Origin: Patescibacteria group bacterium UBA3527
GTDB lineage: Bacteria; Patescibacteriota; Minisyncoccia; Phycocordibacterales; UBA918
Assembly (NCBI GenBank): GCA_002377025.1
Contig: DFPA01000058.1
Span: 1 to 30,146 of the forward strand
DNA length: 30,146 bases
Direction of reading: 5' to 3'
Position 1 is the first letter of the stretch, and every line of letters starts with the position of its first letter. The notes beneath the pieces were generated by a model that worked only from the letters and a program-made list of their open reading frames with translations, made no database searches and was not told the origin of the DNA. Positions 1 to 8,605 of the stretch are shown here, one piece after another. A program made the translations under genes and the position numbers.

Positions 1-93
1 GCATTGTATCAACAGAGTTGGGATCATGATGCTGGTTGGTATTGTTTTGCAAGGAAAATAGGGACTAATTCGGTTGTGAAGCCCGTCTATTAA
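1..93 (+). CDS. Possible 3' end of an upstream gene (partial)
   Basis: Frame 1 is open from base 1 to TAA at 91-93 (ALYQQSWDHDAGWYCFARKIGTNSVVKPVY*). It is too short to identify. Confidence 0.25.
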   Translation, partial: ALYQQSWDHDAGWYCFARKIGTNSVVKPVY

Positions 94-94
94 C

Positions 95-122
95 TTGCGA
101 ATTGAAATCTAAACTGCATAAT
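95..122 (+). promoter_or_regulatory. Putative sigma70 promoter of leuS
   Basis: TTGCGA(95-100)-N16-CATAAT(117-122), with the ATG 8 nt downstream. Confidence 0.4.
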
Positions 123-130
123 GCATTGAT

Positions 131-2548
131 ATGCATAAAAAGTTCGACAGTAAAACTATTGAGAGAAAATGGCAAGAAGCCTGGAGTGCCAGTGGAATAT
201 ACAACACAAAAGAGCGCGATAACAACCAAGAAAAGGAATACGTACTGGTAGAATGGCCGTATCCTTCAGGAAATCTTCATATTGGTCACTGGCACGCATT
301 TTCCGTGCCTGATATCTACGTACGCTTCAACCGTATGCTTGGTAAACAAGTGATTTTTCCGATGGGTTTTGATGCCTTTGGGCTACCAGCAGAAAATGCC
401 GCTATTAAGAGGAATATAAACCCTCGAGAGTGGACTGAGAGTAACATTGAACACATGAAAGGTCAGCTTGTGAGTATGGGCAATGCTTTTTCCTGGGATC
501 TGACTACTAGCTCCACCGATCCGGAATACTACAAATGGACACAGTGGATGTTTACTCAATTTTTTGAACAGGGCATTGCCTATCGCGGAAAAGGGCTGGT
601 AAATTGGTGTCCCGGCTGTAACACAGTTATTGCCAATGAGCAGGTTCTAAGTGATGACACTTGTGAGCGTTGCGGTAATGAAGTGGAAAAGAAGGAAATG
701 CCACAATGGATGCTGCGTATCACGGATTATGCTGATAGATTGATAGACGATTTGAAGGGGCTTGACTGGCCGGAGCATATCAAAGAAGCACAAAGGCGAT
801 GGATAGGTCGCAGTCAAGGCGCTGAGATAGATTTTGAATTGTCCACCGGAGACAAGGTGACGGTTTTCACCACTCGTCCTGATACTTTGTACGGAGCAAC
901 CTACGTGGTACTCGCACCGGAGCACCCCCTCTTACAAACAGACGAAGTGCGAGGAAAGACCTCGAACTTGAGGGAGGTGGACGAATATATAGAAAACGCT
1001 ACCAAGAAGACTGAGCGCGATCGTTTGGATGATACTAGAGAAAAGACCGGAGTAAAACTAGAGGGTATCACAGCCAAAAATCCTGCCTCGGGTGAGAATA
1101 TTCCTGTATATATTGCTGACTATGTACTGGCCTCTTATGGTACAGGGGCCATTATGGCGGTACCGGCTCACGATGAACGTGACAGCGAATTTGCCAAAAA
1201 ATTTAGTATTCCCGTGAAGCAGGTTATTAAACCAACTTTTAGTAGTACCGATGCTGCGAAATCATTGGACAAGCTTCCATATTGTGGAGATGGAGTTATT
1301 GCACACTCAGGTGAATTTGACGGCATGGATTCACAGGAAGCTAAGAGGAAAATTGTCGAAAAAGTCGGTGGGAGAATGACCAGTACCTATAGACTGCGTG
1401 ACTGGTCTGTAGGTAGGCAACGCTACTGGGGAGTACCCATTCCAATTGTTTATGACCCTGATGGAAAGGCACATCCTGTACCTAAGGAACATCTTCCCTG
1501 GATACTTCCTGAAGATGTTGATTTTAAGCCAACAGGTGAAGCTCCGCTGGCAAAAAGCGAGGAGCTTAAGAAGAGAACCGAGGAAATATTTGGCGTAGGT
1601 TGGACTCCGGAAGTGGAAACTCTGGATACGTTTGTGGACTCTTCTTGGTATTTTCTGCGCTACATAGATAACAAGAATAATGACGAATTGTCCTGTAAGG
1701 AAGCTCAAGAAAGCTGGATGCCAATAGATATATATTTTGGCGGCGCAGAACACACCACCATGCACCTTTTGTACTCTCGCTTCTGGCAGAAAGCTCTCTA
1801 CGATCTTGGTTTGGTGACAGTAGATGAGCCATACAAAAAGAGAATCAATCGAGGTCTTATCCTCGGTCCGGATGGAAATAAGATGAGTAAGAGTAAAGGC
1901 AATGTAATTGATCCGGATGAACAAGTAGAAAGAGTGGGAGCCGATACGGTGAAAATGTATCTGGCCTTTATGGGGCCGTACGGAGAAATGACAAACTATC
2001 CGTGGGATATGGGCGGAATCGCAGGTATTAGACGATTTCTTGAACGAGTAAATGGTCTCTACGAGCATGTGGTTGAGAGTGAGACACAGGAAGTAACAGA
2101 GGAGCTACATCGACTTATAAAGAAAATACACACAGATATACCAGAGTATAAGTTTAACACCGCCATTAGTTCTATGATGAGTTTCGTTAATATCGTAGAG
2201 AAAGAAGGTTTGTCACAAAGCTCCTACGAAACCTTCCTTAAGTTATTGGCACCTTTTGCTCCACATTTGGCCGAAGAGTTATGGAGCACTCTTAACAAAG
2301 GTGACTCAATTCATGTCGAGAAGTTTCCAACTTACGATGAATCTTTGGTGGTTCTGAAGAAAATGACAATTGGAGTGCAAATAAACGGGAAACACCGAGG
2401 GGAGGTGACCGTCACTCCTTCCACTACCGAGGAGGAAGTAATGAAGATGGTTTACTCCGTAGAGGTATTACGAGATAAAATAGGTTCCAAGAAGCCTAAA
2501 AAGGTAATTTATAAGCCTGGCAAAATATTAAATATCATCGTAGATTAA
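131..2548 (+). CDS. leuS: Leucine--tRNA ligase
   Basis: PYPSGNLHIGH (HIGH) and KMSKS motifs, CP1 editing motifs FTTRPDTL and GTGAIMAVPAHDERD, Zn knuckle CPGC...CERC, and GAEHTTMHLLYSRF. Confidence 0.98.
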   Translation: MHKKFDSKTIERKWQEAWSASGIYNTKERDNNQEKEYVLVEWPYPSGNLHIGHWHAFSVPDIYVRFNRMLGKQVIFPMGFDAFGLPAENAAIKRNINPREWTESNIEHMKGQLVSMGNAFSWDLTTSSTDPEYYKWTQWMFTQFFEQGIAYRGKGLVNWCPGCNTVIANEQVLSDDTCERCGNEVEKKEMPQWMLRITDYADRLIDDLKGLDWPEHIKEAQRRWIGRSQGAEIDFELSTGDKVTVFTTRPDTLYGATYVVLAPEHPLLQTDEVRGKTSNLREVDEYIENATKKTERDRLDDTREKTGVKLEGITAKNPASGENIPVYIADYVLASYGTGAIMAVPAHDERDSEFAKKFSIPVKQVIKPTFSSTDAAKSLDKLPYCGDGVIAHSGEFDGMDSQEAKRKIVEKVGGRMTSTYRLRDWSVGRQRYWGVPIPIVYDPDGKAHPVPKEHLPWILPEDVDFKPTGEAPLAKSEELKKRTEEIFGVGWTPEVETLDTFVDSSWYFLRYIDNKNNDELSCKEAQESWMPIDIYFGGAEHTTMHLLYSRFWQKALYDLGLVTVDEPYKKRINRGLILGPDGNKMSKSKGNVIDPDEQVERVGADTVKMYLAFMGPYGEMTNYPWDMGGIAGIRRFLERVNGLYEHVVESETQEVTEELHRLIKKIHTDIPEYKFNTAISSMMSFVNIVEKEGLSQSSYETFLKLLAPFAPHLAEELWSTLNKGDSIHVEKFPTYDESLVVLKKMTIGVQINGKHRGEVTVTPSTTEEEVMKMVYSVEVLRDKIGSKKPKKVIYKPGKILNIIVD

Positions 2549-2552
2549 GGGC

Positions 2553-2581
2553 TAGACATACGTAAAATCGTATGTTATAAA
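2553..2581 (+). promoter_or_regulatory. Sigma70 promoter containing a palindromic operator-like site
   Basis: TAGACA(2553-2558)-N17-TATAAA(2576-2581) with an extended TG. The inverted repeat ACATACG-N6-CGTATGT lies at 2556-2575. Confidence 0.6.
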
Positions 2582-2619
2582 AGCCTTAACGCATAGAACT
2601 CAAGCAAGAACAAATTCTT

Positions 2620-3645
2620 ATGATTACCTTTAAACCAAAACAAGTAACTAAAAAACTCCTCTCTGTTCTACCTGATAGAGCTCGAGATGTGCTCGAGAAA
2701 CGTTATGGAGTAGGAAAAACCAGCGAGAAACAAACATTGGAAGCAATCGGTCAGACTTATGGCATTACCCGCGAACGAGTGCGTCAGATAGAGAACTATG
2801 GTATCAGGTCTATTCAAAAGTCTGATATCTACCTTGAATTTGAATCTATTTTTGCGGAGCTGCAAAAGGCTATTGAGGAGCTAGGTGGAGGGGTGGTTGC
2901 TGAAGAAACTCTGCTCTCAGTCCTTACTAAAGATGAGATCACAAGGAACCATATCTATTTTCTATTGGTGGTAGGTGATTTGTTCTATCGGAGCAAAGAA
3001 AATCCTTACTACAATCACCGCTGGTATACTGACAAGAACATTTCCGAAATTGTGGAAAAAGGGTTGAGGAATGTGTATCGCAGTCTCGATAGTGACGAAC
3101 TCATCTCAGAAGAGGAAGTTCTGAGCCGTTTTCGTGATGAATTGATTGAGATTGCTGACAGACACGATGACGAGATTTTGAAAAAATGGTTGCAAATTTC
3201 CAAAGAGGTGGCCAGTAACCCCCTTGGAGAGTGGGGACACGCTTCTTCTCCCAACGTAAAAGTGAAAGGGGTGCGTGACTACGCATATTTGGTCGTGAAG
3301 AGACATGGTTCACCAATGCACTTTCGCGAAGTTGCAGAGGCAATCACTGAACTTTTTGAACGGCAAGCGCACACCGCTACAACTCACAATGAACTTATCA
3401 AAGATGAGCGCTTTGTGCTCGTCGGTAGAGGCCTTTACGCCCTGACTGAGTGGGGATATTCTGCCGGTGTGGTGAAGGATGTGTTACGTGACATTCTTGA
3501 GAAGGAGGGTGCTCTTACCAAAGATGAGTTGATTGATAAAGTTCGCAAGGAAAGATACGTAAAGGATAATACTATCGTAGTTAATTTGCAGGATCATAAT
3601 TTGTTTAAAAAACTTTCTGACGGTAGATACGCATTGGTTGAGTAA
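2620..3645 (+). CDS. Sigma70 region-4-like HTH plus C-terminal winged-HTH (HARE-HTH/RNAP-delta-like) DNA-binding protein
   Basis: N-terminal RARDVLEKRYG...TLEAIGQTYGITRERVRQIE matches sigma region 4. There is no sigma region 2. The C-terminal PMHFREV...HNELIKDERFVLVGRGLYAL is wHTH-like. Confidence 0.75.
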   Translation: MITFKPKQVTKKLLSVLPDRARDVLEKRYGVGKTSEKQTLEAIGQTYGITRERVRQIENYGIRSIQKSDIYLEFESIFAELQKAIEELGGGVVAEETLLSVLTKDEITRNHIYFLLVVGDLFYRSKENPYYNHRWYTDKNISEIVEKGLRNVYRSLDSDELISEEEVLSRFRDELIEIADRHDDEILKKWLQISKEVASNPLGEWGHASSPNVKVKGVRDYAYLVVKRHGSPMHFREVAEAITELFERQAHTATTHNELIKDERFVLVGRGLYALTEWGYSAGVVKDVLRDILEKEGALTKDELIDKVRKERYVKDNTIVVNLQDHNLFKKLSDGRYALVE

Positions 3646-3650
3646 TTTTG

Positions 3651-3683
3651 AACAAAGGGCGAGCTGAAAGCTCGCCCTTTGTT
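3651..3683. terminator. Intrinsic (likely bidirectional) terminator hairpin
   Basis: Perfect 15-bp stem AACAAAGGGCGAGCT-gaa-AGCTCGCCCTTTGTT, 5 nt after the stop at 3645. Confidence 0.85.
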
Positions 3684-3696
3684 GTACAATAGTGAC

Positions 3697-5076
3697 GTGG
3701 ATTACAAAAAGGCAATTGAAAGGGTTCCCATTCTCGGCTTTATTGTTAAGTGGCTGGCCGGGAATAATGAGGATTATGGTGGCATTCTAGCAATTACTGC
3801 TATTTTGATGCTAACTTTCATGGGCCTATATACAGATGTATCATGGGTCCAGATAGTCGCTATCACTATTGCCTTAAGTCCGATTTGGATAACTTATCTG
3901 ATCTTCAATCTGTTTTTTTGGATGTGGATGAACCAGGTCGGTCGAAAATTTTGGATAAAGGAAGGTCGCTCTACCCTGAGAATTAAACTTCCGGAAGAAG
4001 TGACAAAATCTCCCGAGGCAATGGAATTTGTTCTGTCTCAATTACATAATGTCGCAAATCCGGATAACCTGATGCAGACTTATTTAGACGGCAAACGACC
4101 GTTAAATTTGAGTCTGGAAATTGTTTCAATCGGTGGGGAAATTAGGTTTTATGCCAATGTACCGAGATCAAAGGCTAAGCCGGCTTTTGAGGCAAATATG
4201 TATGCGCAATATCCCGGGGTGGAAATTGTTGAAGAGCCTGTCGATTATACATGCGAGATTCCTTTGGACACCGACGAGTGGGATTGGATGAGTTTCCACA
4301 TGGGGAAGAAAGAAGATGAAATTTTTCCCATTAAGACATACGTGGATTACGAATTGAATCGCATGCCAAAAGAGGAAGAAAAGGTCGATCCTATAACTCC
4401 TATGCTGGAAATCTTAAGTAACTTAGACCCTGATGAACGCTTATATGTTCAGTTTGTTATAAAGGCCTTTAGGAGATCATCGTTCAAGAACGGACAATTA
4501 ATCAGAGGGAAGGGGCCGGATTGGACCGAAAACCTATTTAAAAAGATAAACGAAATGATGAACCGAGATCCGGAAACTCGAGCAGCCAAGGAGGGAGGCG
4601 GAGCAGAGGAATTGGCTCGTCTAACAGCGGGAGAAAGAGAAACCATTGCGGCAATGGAGAGAAATGCGGAAAAATATCCGTTCGAAACGGGAATTAGATG
4701 GATGTATTTTGCTAAGAAGGGAAAGTTCCAGGCTGACAGAATCAATCCCACGATAAGAACTTTCAGTCAGTACGATATAATTGGAAGAAACCAGATTGGT
4801 GTTCGTTGGAGAACGGACATTCATTACAAAGACATTGTACCTGGGTCATATAAGAAGATTGCCGCCTGGAAAAGGCAGGAGTTCAAAGAATATAAGTTGA
4901 GATTTTACTTTCCTAAAACACTCGATGCCTATCCAAAAATATTCACTGCTGAGGAGCTCGCTACTATGTTTCACTTACCGGGCAAGGTCGCACTTACTCC
5001 ATCTCTCACCAGAGTTGGTTCAACCAGAGGTGAGGCTCCGAGTAATCTCCCGGTACAGAACCTTCCAGCTGATTGA
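3697..5076 (+). CDS. Membrane-anchored hypothetical protein resembling the N-terminal domain of CPR VirD4/TraD-like proteins, without an ATPase domain
   Basis: Two N-terminal hydrophobic segments. Motifs SLEIVS.GGEIRFY, MYAQYPGVEI and EELATMFHLP...PSNLP recall this CPR family. No Walker A motif. The GTG start at 3697 is preferred because TACAAT lies at 3685-3690; the track start is 3679. Confidence 0.6.
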   Translation: MDYKKAIERVPILGFIVKWLAGNNEDYGGILAITAILMLTFMGLYTDVSWVQIVAITIALSPIWITYLIFNLFFWMWMNQVGRKFWIKEGRSTLRIKLPEEVTKSPEAMEFVLSQLHNVANPDNLMQTYLDGKRPLNLSLEIVSIGGEIRFYANVPRSKAKPAFEANMYAQYPGVEIVEEPVDYTCEIPLDTDEWDWMSFHMGKKEDEIFPIKTYVDYELNRMPKEEEKVDPITPMLEILSNLDPDERLYVQFVIKAFRRSSFKNGQLIRGKGPDWTENLFKKINEMMNRDPETRAAKEGGGAEELARLTAGERETIAAMERNAEKYPFETGIRWMYFAKKGKFQADRINPTIRTFSQYDIIGRNQIGVRWRTDIHYKDIVPGSYKKIAAWKRQEFKEYKLRFYFPKTLDAYPKIFTAEELATMFHLPGKVALTPSLTRVGSTRGEAPSNLPVQNLPAD

Positions 5077-5078
5077 CT

Positions 5079-6053
5079 ATGAAACTGAGCGACAAGCTAG
5101 CTGATTTTGTGAGCGGAGATTTTGATGCCAGGAAAATCCTGCTCAAACTTTCCATAGCGATAGTATTGAGCGTTTTGATCTATGCTGTCTTTCTTTTCTC
5201 TGTTCCTCGCACCTCGTACCCGATAGTTGTTGACATACCTTTTGGCTCTAGTACCGCTGACATAACACGGTTGCTCGAGGAGAAGAAAGTAGTCAGGTCA
5301 GGCGGGATACTGTACTTATGGCTACTGGCGTTCCATGATGCCTCGTCCATACAGGCGGGCGTACACACATTTACACGACCCGGCAGTGTTCGTGACGTAG
5401 CAAGAATGCTGGTAAGTGCTAGACCGCAAGGTGAATCGTACGCACTTACTTTCCCTGAAGGTTTTTCAATAGCGAAATATGCGGAAATAATTGCGACTGC
5501 TAATCCCGGGTTGGCCGGTGATTTTACCAAAGCCGCTGAAGGCAAGGAAGGTTACTTGTATCCCGATACATACTTCGTACCCATAGACTACACTGCCCAG
5601 GAGTTAGTTATGTTGATGCAAGATAACTTCAATGCCAAGGTAAAGAGCCTTGAACACGAAAGCCTTTCACCTTATGAAGTGCTAATATTGGCGTCCATAG
5701 TGGAAAGGGAAGCAAATAGCGAGAAGTCTATGAGGATGGTGTCTAGTGTGTTACAAAATAGATTGCAAATTGGTATGCCACTACAGGCAGACGCAACGCT
5801 GGAATATGTATTAAACAAGCCGCTTACAGAGTTGACTGAGGCCGACTTAAAAATTGACTCACCCTACAATACTTACTCTCACAACAGACTCCCTCCTACC
5901 CCAATAGGTAATCCCGGAAGCCAATCTATAGATGCAGTTTTGAACCCCGAAAAAACCGATTACTTTTATTACATAACAGGGAGTGATGGAGTATTTCATT
6001 ACGCGACTACCTATAATGAGCACTTGAGTAATGTTGCCAAGTATTTACGCTAG
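5079..6053 (+). CDS. mltG: Endolytic peptidoglycan transglycosylase MltG (YceG family)
   Basis: N-terminal TM helix, plus LILASIVEREA, NRLQIGMPLQADAT and DSPYNTY...LPPTPIGNPG. Confidence 0.93.
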   Translation: MKLSDKLADFVSGDFDARKILLKLSIAIVLSVLIYAVFLFSVPRTSYPIVVDIPFGSSTADITRLLEEKKVVRSGGILYLWLLAFHDASSIQAGVHTFTRPGSVRDVARMLVSARPQGESYALTFPEGFSIAKYAEIIATANPGLAGDFTKAAEGKEGYLYPDTYFVPIDYTAQELVMLMQDNFNAKVKSLEHESLSPYEVLILASIVEREANSEKSMRMVSSVLQNRLQIGMPLQADATLEYVLNKPLTELTEADLKIDSPYNTYSHNRLPPTPIGNPGSQSIDAVLNPEKTDYFYYITGSDGVFHYATTYNEHLSNVAKYLR

Positions 6054-6086
6054 GTATATCTCATGTTATACCTCATGAGATATACC
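6053..6086. repeat. Perfect 13-bp inverted repeat abutting the mnmA start codon
   Basis: GGTATATCTCATG(6053-6065)-ttatacct-CATGAGATATACC(6074-6086), followed directly by ATG at 6087. Confidence 0.85.
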
Positions 6087-7148
6087 ATGAGAAAAGGAAA
6101 GACAGTATACGTAGGACTTTCCGGAGGAGTAGATTCCTCGGTGTCTGCTTTGCGTTTGAAGAAAGCCGGTTATAACGTAGTTGGGGTTTTTATTAAGGTA
6201 TGGCAACCGGACTTTCTTCAGTGTAACTGGGAGGAAGAGAGACTTTCCGCGATGCAGGTGGCAGCTCAACTTGATATACCGTTTCTAACATTTGATGCAG
6301 AGAATGCCTATAGAGAGAGAGTGGCTGACTACTTTGTTGCGGAGTACCGCTCAGGCAGAACTCCAAACCCCGATGTAATGTGCAACAAATACATAAAATT
6401 TGGGGTGTTCTTAGACTTTGCTACAAAACACGGCGCAGACTACGTTGCCACCGGACACTATGTTAGACGACAGGGACACCAAATGCTTCGTGGTGTGGAC
6501 ACTAATAAAGACCAGTCGTACTTCTTGTGGGCACTTTCTTCAGATGACATGGAGAGAACCCTCTTCCCAATAGGAGATTCACCCAAAAGTACCATAAGAA
6601 AAGAAGCCAAAGCTGCTGGTTTGCACACTGCCGATAAAAAAGACAGTCAGGGGATTTGCTTTCTCGGACAGGTCGATATTGCAAACTTCCTCAGTCATTT
6701 TGTCGAGTTGAAACCTGGTGATGTGTTAGATACGAGCGGTCGAGTAATTGGCTCTCATGTCGGCGCTTTGGTTTACACGTTGGGACAAAGACATGGTTTT
6801 ACAGTCTGGAACGGAAATTCTACCGAAAGACTTTATGTCGTTGAGCGTAATCTTAAGAGCAATACGGTAACTGTCGACAGCAAAGAGCCACGATTAGCGG
6901 ACAGTAGCCAGGTCTTGCTCGGTAATTGTACCTGGAGAAGCAAGATTGACGATAGCGAAGTATACGAGGTGCAATTTAGATATAGACAAAAACCCATTAG
7001 AGCGAAGATAGTAAGTGCGAGTGGCCGCAACGCCACTATCGAACTGCTTGATAATACAGAGATGCCGGCAGCGGGACAATCGGCTGTGGTTTATGATCGA
7101 GAGTGGTGTCTTGGCGGTGGTATCATTGAAGCATGTCAATCGTTGTAA
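6087..7148 (+). CDS. mnmA: tRNA-specific 2-thiouridylase MnmA
   Basis: PP-loop SGGVDSSV, plus TPNPDVMCN, ATGHY, DQSYFL, KKDSQGICF, YTLGQRHG and GQSAVVY. Alternative ATGs lie at 6063 and 6075. Confidence 0.96.
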   Translation: MRKGKTVYVGLSGGVDSSVSALRLKKAGYNVVGVFIKVWQPDFLQCNWEEERLSAMQVAAQLDIPFLTFDAENAYRERVADYFVAEYRSGRTPNPDVMCNKYIKFGVFLDFATKHGADYVATGHYVRRQGHQMLRGVDTNKDQSYFLWALSSDDMERTLFPIGDSPKSTIRKEAKAAGLHTADKKDSQGICFLGQVDIANFLSHFVELKPGDVLDTSGRVIGSHVGALVYTLGQRHGFTVWNGNSTERLYVVERNLKSNTVTVDSKEPRLADSSQVLLGNCTWRSKIDDSEVYEVQFRYRQKPIRAKIVSASGRNATIELLDNTEMPAAGQSAVVYDREWCLGGGIIEACQSL

Positions 7149-7966
7149 CTAAAGCCGATGGAAGTAGAGAGCGTTTCAAAGAAACAAAGCTAAGAAAATC
7201 ACTAAAAAGATCAGGTGCTACAGATGAAGAAGTAAAGGAAATAGTTGATAAGGTCAACAAAATCCTATACGACGGAATCCGAACGGGTGAAATTTATCGA
7301 AGGGCGTTTGAGTTTCTTCGTGCTAACGAAGTAACATCGGCGGCTAGATATTCATTGAGAAGAGCTTTGTTTGGTTTGGGACCAACCGGATTTCCATTTG
7401 AAGACTTTCTGGCGGAACTATTTGAAGCAGAAGGCTATAAATCTAGAACCCGCGTCGCTCTAACAGGTCATTGTGTGGAGCATGAGCTGGATGTGGCAAG
7501 TTATAATGCCGAGCATTCTTTTGTCTGCGAGGCAAAGTTTCACGCCAGACCAAGTATCAAATCTGACTTACAGGTAGTTATGTATTGTTATGCTCGTTTT
7601 CTCGACTTACGGGGAAGAAAAATTTGTAAGGAAGATCATTGTGGTATTGATAATTTTGTTGTGGTGACTAACACTAAATTCACCAGAACCGCTGAGGACT
7701 ACGCGAAGTGTGTTGGTGTAGAACTACTAAGTTGGGACTATCCAAAGAAGAACAACTTACATGATCGAATCCAGAGAGCTCAAATTTATCCTATATCTAC
7801 ACTGCAACAGCTTAGTATGTCGGATAAGAGAGCTCTAATTAAGAGGGGAATAATCACTTGTCGTAGCCTACTCAAAAATGAATCACAGTTGCGTCATCTA
7901 CACATAAGTGAGAAGAAATTTGAGGCAGTAATTTCTGAAGCTCGTCAACTCTGTCATGACCAATGA
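7133..7966 (+). CDS. ATP-cone domain fused to a Mrr-like PD-(D/E)XK nuclease domain
   Basis: N-terminal VTKADGSRERFKETKLRKSL is an ATP-cone signature. The central FEDFLAELFEAEGY...ELDV...CEAKF is restriction-endonuclease-like. Confidence 0.8.
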   Translation: MSIVVTKADGSRERFKETKLRKSLKRSGATDEEVKEIVDKVNKILYDGIRTGEIYRRAFEFLRANEVTSAARYSLRRALFGLGPTGFPFEDFLAELFEAEGYKSRTRVALTGHCVEHELDVASYNAEHSFVCEAKFHARPSIKSDLQVVMYCYARFLDLRGRKICKEDHCGIDNFVVVTNTKFTRTAEDYAKCVGVELLSWDYPKKNNLHDRIQRAQIYPISTLQQLSMSDKRALIKRGIITCRSLLKNESQLRHLHISEKKFEAVISEARQLCHDQ

Positions 7967-7970
7967 GTTT

Positions 7971-7979
7971 TGGTATAAT
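7971..7979 (+). promoter_or_regulatory. Extended -10 promoter
   Basis: TGGTATAAT immediately after the stop at 7966, upstream of the ATG at 8013. Confidence 0.55.
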
Positions 7980-8012
7980 CGTCTGTATTAAACAATAACT
8001 CTGTATAGTTGT

Positions 8013-8534
8013 ATGACAGAACTTAATCAAGAAAACAAAAAGACAATTTCTGCGTTTGCAGCCGGACTGTTGGTAGGTGCTCTGCTGGTCTGGATTTTTA
8101 CCGGTGATAACGCAGCGGCACCGGCTGACCAACAAGGCGACGATCAAATAACTGTTGAGGGTGGCACAGAAGCTGAGGCAAACTCCGCAAGCCCAGATAC
8201 GGGCATCGATTCACCGACATTTGGTAATGGTAGTGCATCAGTAACTGATCAGAATGCCGGAATGGAAGTAACCCTAAACGGTGCGAACTTTCCATCGGAG
8301 GAAGGTTGGGTAGCTGTGCGAAGTTATAGCGAAGGTCAACTTGGTAGTATTTTGGGAGCAGCCAGATACAGTAATTCGGACGGATTAAAACCAAAGACGA
8401 TCTCACTCCTTACTCCAACTATTTCAGGAAGAACCTACGCCATTGTCTTTTTCTCTGAAGATGGCAACAAGACATTCAATCTAGATGGTGATGTGCAGAT
8501 TGATACCGACTTGACTACCTTCCAAGTCAACTAG
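8013..8534 (+). CDS. Single-TM surface protein: acidic linker plus a small beta-rich extracytoplasmic domain
   Basis: TM segment ISAFAAGLLVGALLVWIF, a low-complexity acidic linker, and a C-terminal WVAVR...ILGAAR...YAIVFFSEDG domain. Confidence 0.7.
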   Translation: MTELNQENKKTISAFAAGLLVGALLVWIFTGDNAAAPADQQGDDQITVEGGTEAEANSASPDTGIDSPTFGNGSASVTDQNAGMEVTLNGANFPSEEGWVAVRSYSEGQLGSILGAARYSNSDGLKPKTISLLTPTISGRTYAIVFFSEDGNKTFNLDGDVQIDTDLTTFQVN

Positions 8535-8550
8535 CAGCAGCTGCATGTAG

Positions 8551-8577
8551 CAAAAAAGCCACAAGATGGCTTTTTTG
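8551..8577. terminator. Intrinsic (likely bidirectional) terminator
   Basis: CAAAAAAGCCA-caaga-TGGCTTTTTTG, with A- and T-tracts on the two arms. Confidence 0.8.
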
Positions 8578-8581
8578 TTTG

Positions 8582-8590
8582 TGCTATACT
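8582..8590 (+). promoter_or_regulatory. Extended -10 promoter of the 8606-12526 operon
   Basis: TGCTATACT directly after the terminator, with the ATG at 8606. Confidence 0.55.
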
Positions 8591-8605
8591 TTCGACATAG
8601 ACACA

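Noticed and set aside
1331-2068. 245-aa antisense ORF inside leuS, and the other short shadow ORFs in the track
   Set aside because: They lie fully within well-supported genes on the opposite strand or in another frame, and show no recognisable motifs.
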